From contig JANOAV010000110.1 in NCBI GenBank assembly GCA_031411295.1, forward strand, positions 1 through 32,336: DNA of 32,336 nt, read 5' to 3'. Made by a program: the position numbers and the translations under genes. The notes beneath the pieces were generated by a model, which did no database searches, had not been told where the DNA came from, and saw only the letters and a list, made by a program, of their open reading frames with translations. Of the stretch, positions 18,974-29,595 are shown one piece after another. How positions within the stretch are numbered: position 1 is the stretch's first letter; each line of letters opens with the position of its first letter. This stretch comes from Verrucomicrobiales bacterium (GTDB taxonomy: Bacteria; Verrucomicrobiota; Verrucomicrobiia; Verrucomicrobiales; V1-33).

Positions 18974-21136
18974 ATGCCGAGCCCATTTACCCTATCCGCT
19001 TCGACCGCAGGTCTCCTCCTGGGAATGATGTCCCTGCACGGAACTGCGGCGGAACCAACCTCTCCCGCCCCAACTCCTGTGGAATCCACCGCCGCCAAGA
19101 AATTCACCAATCGTCTCGCTCAAGAGAAGAGCCCGTATTTGCTGCAGCACGCGCACAATCCGGTGCACTGGTATCCGTGGGGCGATGAAGCCTTTGCCAA
19201 AGCCAAGGAGGAGAACAAGGCCATCTTCCTGAGCATTGGTTACAGCACCTGTCACTGGTGTCACGTGATGGAGCGTGAGAGCTTTGAAAACGAAGACGTC
19301 GCCAAGTATCTCAACGAACATTTCATTGCCATCAAATTGGATCGTGAAGAACGCCCGGACGTGGATAGCATTTACATGACCGCCATGCAGGCCATAAATC
19401 TGGGCGGCGGCTGGCCGTTGAACGTGTTCCTAACTACGGATCGCAAGCCCTTCTATGGCGGGACGTATTTCAAGAAGGATCAATTCATCAAGCTGACCAA
19501 GCAGGTAGCTGACCTCTGGGAGAACAAACGGGCGGAACTGCAAAAGGATGCCGACAGCATTTCCAGCGAACTGGCCAAGACCATGGATCAGTCCGGCAAC
19601 AAGCCAGGCGATCTTAAGAAAGGATGGATCGATCAAGCGGCTCAGAAATTCGTCACGCTGTTCGATGCCAAATATGGTGGATTCGGCGGGGCACCGAAGT
19701 TTCCCCAGCCTCAGATTGCCGAACTAATCCTGCTCAATGCTTCGAAGGAAGCAGACGCGACCAAGCGTGCCGAAATCAATCAAAAGGTGCTCTTCACCTG
19801 CCAACGCATGGCCGCTGGCGGCATGTATGATCAACTGGGCGGCGGCTTCTCCCGCTACTCGGTGGACGCTCAATGGCTGGTGCCGCATTTTGAAAAAATG
19901 CTCTATGATAATGCTCAACTGATCAACCTCTACCTCAATGCGCATCTCGTCAGCGGTCAGGCGCAGTATGCCGACGTGACCAAGGATATCCTGCGCTACA
20001 TCCTGCGCGATATGACGCATGCCGAAGGAGGATTCTACTCTGCGGAAGATGCGGACAGCGAAGGGCATGAGGGGAAATTCTATTGCTGGACCGAGGCCGA
20101 AGTGAAGTCCGCCCTCACCCCGGAGGAATTCACGCTGGCCGCCAAGTATTTCGGGATCACCGCCAAGGGGAACTTTGTGGATCACAGTCACCCCACCCCA
20201 CTTCCGAATCAGAACGTCCTCAGCATCATGCAACCGGACGCAAAGCTATCACCCGAGGATCAGAAGTTGCTATCCAGCAGCAAAGCCAAGCTCCTGAAAA
20301 TCCGCACCCAGCGGGTCCGCCCGCACTTGGATGACAAAATTCTCGTCTCATGGAATGGGCTCCTGCTCGGGGGCTTAGCGCGCGCGGGGATTATTTTGGA
20401 GGATGATTCCTATCTGGCAGCGGCTCGCAAGAACATTGATTTCGTCAAAGCCAAACTCTGGGATCCCAGCACCAAAACGCTTTACCATCGCTACCGGGAC
20501 GGGGTGCGCGATAGCACCCAATTGCTCAGCGCGTATGCCAGTTACCTGCAGGGCTTGCTGGAATTCTATCAGGCCACTCTGGATCCCGCAGCGCTCGACT
20601 TCGCGCTCAACATTGCCGACACCATGATTGCGAAGTTTTACGATCCAAAACTTGGCGGCTTCTTTTCCAGCGCCAGCGAGAACGATCTGATCTTCCGCGT
20701 CAAAGACGATTACGATGGAGCCGAGCCTTCCGGCAACTCCCTCGCGATCCTGAGCTTGCTGAAGCTGGCCGCTATCACCGACAATACCGAATTGAAAGCC
20801 AAGGCGGAGAAGAGCCTGCAATTGTTCGCGAGCGGACTGGCGGAGAATCCCCAGGGCATGCCCCTGATGCTGCAAGCGGCCAGCTTCGCGATGAACGAAC
20901 CGCATCGCGTTGTGCTTGTGGGCGATCCCTCCCAAGCCGAAACCAAAGCGTTGCTCAAGGCTGCCCATCAACACTATCACCCAGAGAAAGTCATCCTCGG
21001 CACTGCGGGAAAAGTGGAAGACTTCGCCAAGACGCTGAAGCAGCGCGAGGGCAAACCTACGGCCTACATCTGCACCGGCACCGCGTGTCAGCCGCCGACG
21101 AATGATCCCAAGCAGATTCCTGGATTGTTGAAATGA
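18974..21136 (+). CDS. YyaL/DUF255 thioredoxin-domain + six-hairpin protein (SPATA20-like), with N-terminal signal-like extension
   Basis: [59 protein letters not shown] and SAEDADSEG motifs. Confidence 0.93.
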   Translation: MPSPFTLSASTAGLLLGMMSLHGTAAEPTSPAPTPVESTAAKKFTNRLAQEKSPYLLQHAHNPVHWYPWGDEAFAKAKEENKAIFLSIGYSTCHWCHVMERESFENEDVAKYLNEHFIAIKLDREERPDVDSIYMTAMQAINLGGGWPLNVFLTTDRKPFYGGTYFKKDQFIKLTKQVADLWENKRAELQKDADSISSELAKTMDQSGNKPGDLKKGWIDQAAQKFVTLFDAKYGGFGGAPKFPQPQIAELILLNASKEADATKRAEINQKVLFTCQRMAAGGMYDQLGGGFSRYSVDAQWLVPHFEKMLYDNAQLINLYLNAHLVSGQAQYADVTKDILRYILRDMTHAEGGFYSAEDADSEGHEGKFYCWTEAEVKSALTPEEFTLAAKYFGITAKGNFVDHSHPTPLPNQNVLSIMQPDAKLSPEDQKLLSSSKAKLLKIRTQRVRPHLDDKILVSWNGLLLGGLARAGIILEDDSYLAAARKNIDFVKAKLWDPSTKTLYHRYRDGVRDSTQLLSAYASYLQGLLEFYQATLDPAALDFALNIADTMIAKFYDPKLGGFFSSASENDLIFRVKDDYDGAEPSGNSLAILSLLKLAAITDNTELKAKAEKSLQLFASGLAENPQGMPLMLQAASFAMNEPHRVVLVGDPSQAETKALLKAAHQHYHPEKVILGTAGKVEDFAKTLKQREGKPTAYICTGTACQPPTNDPKQIPGLLK

Positions 21137-21153
21137 AACGGTAGGAATTTTTT

Positions 21154-21246
21154 GTCCCCGGCAGGGGACGCAGAGATTAGCCGGGGGTTGAGCGTAGCGA
21201 TACCCCCGGTCGCCTTCACAAAATGACCGCATCCCGGCAGGGATGC
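21154..21246. repeat. REP-like triple hairpin cluster between convergent genes
   Basis: GTCCCC-GGCA-GGGGAC (21154-21169), CCGGGGGT-N13-ACCCCCGG (21181-21209) and GCATCCC-GGCA-GGGATGC (21229-21246). Confidence 0.75.
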
Positions 21247-21336
21247 CATAACAGAATCACTCCAAATATTGGCACGGGCATTTACTGAACAAAGTAGAGC
21301 AGTCCAGCGGACTGCTAGCACACTCAAAGCACTCCC

Positions 21337-24153
21337 CTATTCGGCGTAATCAGCCACGGGGTCGCAGGTGCAGACTAGGTGTTTGTCACCATACACATTG
21401 TCCACGCGACTCACGGGCGGCCAATATTTGTGATGCTTCAAGCGCGCCATCGGGAAGGCGGCTTGAGCACGGCTGTAGGGACGATTCCAATCATCGGCCA
21501 GCAACACATCTGCGGGATGCGGGGCGTGGCGCAGGACGTTATGCTCACGATCGACTGCTCCGGTTTCGATGGCATGAATTTCCTGATAGATCGATTCGAA
21601 GCTGGCGCAGAATTGATCCAACTCAGCCAGGCTTTCGCTCTCCGTCGGTTCAATCATCAGGGTGCCAGGCACCGGCCATGACATCGTGGGACTGTGGTAA
21701 CCGTAGTCCATCAAGCGTTTCGCCACATCCTCCACCCCAATGCCTGCGCTCTCTTTGTATTGGCGCGCATCAATGATGCATTCATGCGCCACGAGACCAT
21801 TCTTGCCCCGATAGAGCACCGGGAAACGCGCCTCCAATTGGTGCGCCACGTAATTGGCGGCCAGGATGGCGTATTCGGTGGCTTTGGTTAATCCCTCCGC
21901 CCCCATCATCCGGATATACATCCAGGAAATGGTCAGGATGCTGGCACTCCCGTAAGGTGCAGCGGAGATGCGGGAATGCTCTGGAGTCACGCTGGGCAGG
22001 AACGGAGCCAATTGAGCCGCCACGCAAATGGGGCCCACGCCGGGACCGCCACCGCCATGGGGAATGCAGAAGGTCTTGTGCAAATTCAGGTGACACACGT
22101 CCGCCCCGATCTGCCCCGGACTCGTTAGGCCCACCTGCGCATTCATGTTGGCCCCGTCCATGTAAACTTGTCCTCCGTGGGCGTGAATCAGTTGGCAGAT
22201 TTCCAACACCGTTTCCTCGAACACACCGTGGGTGCTGGGATAGGTGATCATCAGGGCCGCCAGTTGAGCCGCATGAGTGGTCGCTTTGGTGCGCAGATCC
22301 TCCACGTTGATATTGCCCAGTTCATCGCAAGCCACCGGAACCACTTTCATTCCGGCCATCACGGCACTGGCGGGATTCGTGCCGTGGGCGCTGGTCGGTA
22401 TCAGACAAATATTGCGCCCACCGTCGCCCCGGCTCAGATGATAGTCTCGAATCGCCAGCAAGCCTGCCAATTCGCCCTGACTGCCGGCATTCGGTTGCAA
22501 GCTGCAGGCGGCAAAGCCGGTGATCTCACACAGCCAGGCTTCCAACTGATGCATCATCGCCAAGTAGCCTGAGGCTTGATCCAGCGGACAGAACGGATGC
22601 AGCGCCCCCACCGATCGCCAAGACAGCGCCATCATTTCCGCCGCCGCATTGAGCTTCATGGTGCAGGATCCCAGGGCAATCATCGACTCATTCAACGCCA
22701 GATCCTTCTGCTCCAATCGATGCATGTAGCGCAGCATTTCATGTTCCGTGTGGAACCGGGCAAACACCTCCTGCTGCAAGTAACTGGTCGTCCGAGCCAG
22801 CGTTGGCGGCACGCCGCTGGGGGGCGTTTCCGGGATCGATGCGAGCGTCCACAGGTTCGCCAACGCCGCCACATCGGCATCGATAGCCGTTTCATCCAAA
22901 CTGATGCGGAAATGATCCGCGTCCACCAAGCGCAGATTGTAGCCCGCGGCTTGGGCTTGCTGCACCATGGCCGCAGCCTGTTGCGGCACGCGAACCGAAA
23001 TTGTATCGAACCACGTATCGTTCGTAACCGCCCATCCCTTGGCAGATAAGGCGGCGGCCAGTTGAGATGTGCGACGATGCATCGCACCGGCAATTTCCCG
23101 CAAGCCGTCCGGCCCATGCCAGGCCGCATACATCCCGGCCATCACCGCCAGCAGCACCTGCGCGGTGCAAATGTTACTCGTCGCCTTCTCGCGTCGAATG
23201 TGCTGCTCACGCGTTTGCAGGCTGAGGCGATACGCTGGTTTTCCCTGCGCATCGATGCTGCGACCGATAATGCGCCCGGGCAACTTACGTTTCAGCTCAT
23301 CACACACCGCCATGAAGCCCGCGTGAGGTCCACCGTAGCCTAACGGCACGCCAAAACGTTGCGCGCTGCCCACCGCAATGTCTGCACCCAGTTCACCCGG
23401 AGCCACCAGCAACGTTAGGGCCAGCAAATCCGTGGCCATGATGATCATCGCGCCCTGGGCTTTCCAGGCGGAGATCTTCGCCCGCCAATCCGTCACGCTG
23501 CCATCATCCGCCGGATACTGCACCACCACCGCAAAGACCCCGGCCGCCAACGGTGCCCCCGTTTGGCGGAGATCCTGTTCTACTATTTCCACGCCCAATG
23601 GCGCCATGCGCGTGCGCAGGACCTGCAGACTTTGGGGGAACAGTTGCGCGTCCACCAGCAAGCGATTCGCAGGTTTCACCTTGGCGCTGGCGTGGCACAG
23701 CGCAGCGGCTTCCGCCACTGCCGTGCCTTCATCCAGCAGGCTGGCATTGGCCACCGGCAAGGCCGTAAGTTCCGTGACCATCGTTTGGAAATTCATCAGC
23801 GCTTCCATCCGCCCCTGCGAGATTTCCGCCTGATAGGGCGTGTAGGCGGTATACCAACCCGGATTTTCCAGGATGTTGCGTTGAATCACCGGGGGCGTCA
23901 GCGTGCCGTAATATCCCTGCCCCAGGAAATTTTTCCGCACCACATTCCGCCCCATGATGGCTTCAAGTTCTGCCAAGGCTTCATGTTCCGTGGCGGCAGG
24001 TGGCAAATTCATGACCCCAGCGCGACGAATGGCACTCGGAACCACGGCATTGATCAACGCGGCCACGGAGGCATGGCCAAGCTTCTGGGCGAGCGATTCA
24101 GCTTCTGGCGCGGTGAATCCTAGATGGCGGGAGGAAAAAGTATGGGTCTGCAT
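21337..24153 (-). CDS. gcvP: Glycine dehydrogenase (glycine cleavage system P protein, single chain)
   Basis: ENPGWYTAYTPYQAEISQGR, REKATSNICTAQ, LGSCTMKLN and CHLNLHKTF (PLP Lys) motifs. Start at MQTHTFSSRHLG. Confidence 0.97.
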   Translation of the reverse strand: MQTHTFSSRHLGFTAPEAESLAQKLGHASVAALINAVVPSAIRRAGVMNLPPAATEHEALAELEAIMGRNVVRKNFLGQGYYGTLTPPVIQRNILENPGWYTAYTPYQAEISQGRMEALMNFQTMVTELTALPVANASLLDEGTAVAEAAALCHASAKVKPANRLLVDAQLFPQSLQVLRTRMAPLGVEIVEQDLRQTGAPLAAGVFAVVVQYPADDGSVTDWRAKISAWKAQGAMIIMATDLLALTLLVAPGELGADIAVGSAQRFGVPLGYGGPHAGFMAVCDELKRKLPGRIIGRSIDAQGKPAYRLSLQTREQHIRREKATSNICTAQVLLAVMAGMYAAWHGPDGLREIAGAMHRRTSQLAAALSAKGWAVTNDTWFDTISVRVPQQAAAMVQQAQAAGYNLRLVDADHFRISLDETAIDADVAALANLWTLASIPETPPSGVPPTLARTTSYLQQEVFARFHTEHEMLRYMHRLEQKDLALNESMIALGSCTMKLNAAAEMMALSWRSVGALHPFCPLDQASGYLAMMHQLEAWLCEITGFAACSLQPNAGSQGELAGLLAIRDYHLSRGDGGRNICLIPTSAHGTNPASAVMAGMKVVPVACDELGNINVEDLRTKATTHAAQLAALMITYPSTHGVFEETVLEICQLIHAHGGQVYMDGANMNAQVGLTSPGQIGADVCHLNLHKTFCIPHGGGGPGVGPICVAAQLAPFLPSVTPEHSRISAAPYGSASILTISWMYIRMMGAEGLTKATEYAILAANYVAHQLEARFPVLYRGKNGLVAHECIIDARQYKESAGIGVEDVAKRLMDYGYHSPTMSWPVPGTLMIEPTESESLAELDQFCASFESIYQEIHAIETGAVDREHNVLRHAPHPADVLLADDWNRPYSRAQAAFPMARLKHHKYWPPVSRVDNVYGDKHLVCTCDPVADYAE

Positions 24154-24250
24154 GGTAATAACGAAGGAGTCTCGAATTTGCCGCTCCCGGTCCACGCGTA
24201 AAGCACTAATGCACCCAGACTTGATCGCTGCCACAAAAGCGAACCCTGCG

Positions 24251-24427
24251 GGGCGCTGCCGACTACGGGCCGTCGGCACCCCTTCCCCAGAAAGTGTCCC
24301 GGCTGTCGCCAGCCGGGAGCCATGGCCGAGCAGGCACCCGCTCTCACTTCCAGCAAACAAACGCCAACCCCACCGCACCGCGATTGACCTCCAGCCCACC
24401 CTCGTTTGTCCTCATTGGTAGGGACAC
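24251..24427. repeat. 177-bp structured direct repeat, copy 1
   Basis: Colinear with 27805-27981 (9 mismatches by hand alignment). Internal hairpins TGCCGAC-N8-GTCGGCA and TCCCGGCTG-N4-CAGCCGGGA. Confidence 0.92.
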
Positions 24428-24648
24428 ACACTCTTTCTGCCTGTCTCGCGGCATCCCATGCCGCTCGGCTCTCCTTTTCCGCCTTGCCTCCCCCATGATG
24501 CAAGTTGCTCAACGCACTCTCTCGCGAAGGTATTCAATGCCATTTGTGGGATTTCGACCGTGATCCCGATTCTCCACCAGAAAGGCACTTCCTGACCGAG
24601 TTGAAGATCACAGGACAACGTCATCGTCCGGGCCCGCACAAGGTTAAA

Positions 24649-24703
24649 TGGATCGATCCAATAGCTTGACAAGGTCCATTATTGTATGTAATACATATCG
24701 CCA
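24649..24703 (+). promoter_or_regulatory. fur-katG promoter/operator
   Basis: TTGACA at 24666-24671 with an AT-rich -10 region ~17 nt downstream. Palindromes TGGATCGATCCA (24649-24660) and TATGTA-A-TACATA (24685-24697). Confidence 0.6.
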
Positions 24704-27555
<2,852 letters not shown>

Positions 27556-27569
27556 CGAACTGAACGCTG

Positions 27570-27601
27570 AAATGGCGGCTCGGAAACGGGCCGCCATTTT
27601 T
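27570..27601 (+). terminator. Rho-independent terminator after katG
   Basis: AAATGGCGGCTCG-GAAA-CGGGCCGCCATTT stem with a GNRA loop, followed by a T-run. Confidence 0.85.
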
Positions 27602-27617
27602 CGTTATTCATTTGAAA

Positions 27618-27743
27618 GATCTCGTCGGCGCGGAGGTCGGGATGGAGGCCGCGGCGGAAGGGGTCGGCGTGCTCGGGGCCGAAGTCGGCCTCGATGCCGC
27701 GCAGGGCGAGGTTCATCACCGCGAGGCGGCGGGTGGTGGCGTT
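27618..27743 (-). pseudogene. hsdM: Internal fragment of type I R-M methyltransferase
   Basis: NATTRRLAVMNLALRGIEADFGPEHADPFRRGLHPDLRAD matches the HsdM segment between GQE(S)N and the NPPF motif; both of those motifs are missing here. Confidence 0.8.
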
Positions 27744-27804
27744 GCCTTGTTTCGGCTGCTGCCGCCGCAGCCTCACCCTGCGGGCTCGCGTGGCGAGACC
27801 CCAT

Positions 27805-27981
27805 GGGCGCTGCCGACTGCGGACCGTCGGCACCCCTTCCCCAGAAAGTGTCCCGGCTGTCCCCCGCAGGGAGCCATGGCCGAGCAGGCACCCGCTCTCA
27901 CTTCCAGCAAACAAACGCCAACCCCACCGCCCCGCGATTGACCTCCAGCCCATGCTCGTTTGTCCTCATGGGTAGGGACAC
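27805..27981. repeat. 177-bp structured direct repeat, copy 2
   Basis: 95% identical to 24251-24427, same orientation, offset 3554 bp. Confidence 0.92.
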
Positions 27982-28053
27982 TCTCGCTTAGCCTCCTCAG
28001 CGCGCGCAGCCCCAAAGGGGCGAGATATGAACCATGGAACCGGCCCTCTAAAA

Positions 28054-28081
28054 TTCATCCTTCTGCATTCATCCTTCGTCC
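28054..28081. repeat. Short heptamer tandem repeat (TTCATCC-type, four units)
   Basis: TTCATCC TTCTGCA TTCATCC TTCGTCC. Confidence 0.65.
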
Positions 28082-28099
28082 TTTCTTCCGTGCTCCTGT

Positions 28100-28309
28100 C
28101 CGGCGGACGCGAGCGCAATGCGTTTCGGATCGCCCACCAGCGCCTCCAGCGCAGCCCACTTCGTCCTTCTTCGTCAGCTCCTCGCCTTCGGTGATTCCCT
28201 CATGCTCCGCGCCGAGCATCGGCAGCTTGGCGACGTTAAGGCTGAGCTTTGAAATGCGGCTCTCGTAATAGATCGGCACCGTGGCCTTGTCGGGGACAGC
28301 GCGCTGGCA
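28100..28309 (-). pseudogene. hsdR: Internal frameshifted fragment of type I R-M endonuclease
   Basis: QRAVPDKATVPIYYESRISKLSLN...ITEGEELTKK, then in another frame KWAALEALVGDPKRIAL. This is the HsdR segment following the YDIxRA motif. Confidence 0.8.
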
Positions 28310-28313
28310 TTCA

Positions 28314-29585
28314 TCACGCCATTTCCAACCCGCGCATCGTGCCCTTCGAGGTGGAGAAAGTATCCGTCTCAATACCCAGCCGCTGGAGCATTGAGACGTA
28401 GAGGTTCGAGAGCGGGTAGTTGTTCACTTTGTCGAAGGCGAGGTGCTGGCCGTGTTTGAAGCCGCCGCCGGCGAGGAGCACGGGGAGGTTGTGGTTGTCG
28501 TGGTTGTTGCCGTTGCCGAGGTTGCTGCCGTAGAGGATTTGCGTGCGGTCGAGCAGGTTTGCTTCGCCTTCCTGCGAGGTTTGCAGGCGTTTGAAAAAGG
28601 CGGCGAGTTGCTGAAACTGCGCGAGCTCGAGATTCATAAGCTCCTTGAGTTTGTCTTCGCGCCCGACGTGGTGGGAGAGATTGTGCGCGTCGGTGTTCAC
28701 GCCGGGGATGTGTTCGCTGAAGCCGTCGAGCTTCACGAGCAGCGTGATGAGGCGCGTGCTGTCGGTGGTGAAGGCGAGGTGCGCGAGGTCATACATCGCG
28801 CCGAGTTTTTCCGGCAGGTATTCGGGATCCTTCGGCACGGGTGCCTCTACTTTTGGCTTGGGTTTGCGCTCCCATTCTTCCGCGATGAGCAGGCGGCGTT
28901 CGACTTCACGGACGGAGGTAAAGTATTGGTCCATCCGCTCGCGGTCCACGGTGCCCAGCTGCTTTTGCAGACTGGCGGCGCGGGTTGCGACGGCGTCGAG
29001 GATGCTGCGTCCGGTGCGGAGATTCTCCACTTGTTTCTCCACCGAGGCCGCATCTCCAGCGATGAAGAGCGCTTTGAAAACCTCTGCGGCACTGCGCTCG
29101 GCGGGCAGCATCACACCGCTACCCGTGAACGAGAGCGATTGGTTCCCGCCTTTGGAAACGACCAGTGGCAGCGCGGAAACGCGCGTCTGATGCCCGATGC
29201 GCTCGGCGGCAAACTGGTCGAGCGAGATGGTGTTGCGAAAGGACGCGGTGCCGGGATGCGGAGCGCCGGTGAGAAAGGTCGCCTCCGCGCTATGGCCACC
29301 GGTGACTTCCGGCAGGGAGGTGCCGCTGAAGACGGTGAATTGATCGCGGAAATCCTTGAGCGTTTCGAGATACGGCGTGAGCGCGTAATCGCGTCCTGCG
29401 GTCGCGGGGTAGAAGTGGCGATCCAGCACGCCGAGATTCGTGCAGATGGAAATCATGCGGCGCGGGGCGTCAGCGGTTTTGCCAAAAACAGGACGCATGG
29501 CGTCGAGAAAAGGCAGCGCAAGAGTGGCACCAGCCGCGCGGAGGAAGGTGCGGCGTGAGAGCGGGGATGAGGCGATGTGGGTCAT
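28314..29585 (-). CDS. DUF1552 domain protein (Tat-exported)
   Basis: LSRRTFLRAAGATLALPFLDAM, ISLDQFAAERIG, SILDAV, YFTSVREVERR, LSHH, YGSNLGNGNNH and NLYVSMLQRLG motifs. Confidence 0.9.
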   Translation of the reverse strand: MTHIASSPLSRRTFLRAAGATLALPFLDAMRPVFGKTADAPRRMISICTNLGVLDRHFYPATAGRDYALTPYLETLKDFRDQFTVFSGTSLPEVTGGHSAEATFLTGAPHPGTASFRNTISLDQFAAERIGHQTRVSALPLVVSKGGNQSLSFTGSGVMLPAERSAAEVFKALFIAGDAASVEKQVENLRTGRSILDAVATRAASLQKQLGTVDRERMDQYFTSVREVERRLLIAEEWERKPKPKVEAPVPKDPEYLPEKLGAMYDLAHLAFTTDSTRLITLLVKLDGFSEHIPGVNTDAHNLSHHVGREDKLKELMNLELAQFQQLAAFFKRLQTSQEGEANLLDRTQILYGSNLGNGNNHDNHNLPVLLAGGGFKHGQHLAFDKVNNYPLSNLYVSMLQRLGIETDTFSTSKGTMRGLEMA

Positions 29586-29595
29586 GGTTTTTGGG

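Noticed and set aside
18618..19028. 136-aa plus-strand ORF
   Set aside because: It is antisense to the more convincing Cys-rich microprotein, overlaps the yyaL start and has no recognisable motifs.
24154..24399. 82-aa N-terminal extension of GcvP in the ORF track
   Set aside because: It runs through the non-coding repeat; GcvP similarity starts at MQTHTFSSRH.
24154..24650. Glycine riboswitch upstream of gcvP
   Set aside because: I could not find the conserved GGAGA...CCGAAG...CUCUCAGG elements in the proper order on the minus strand.
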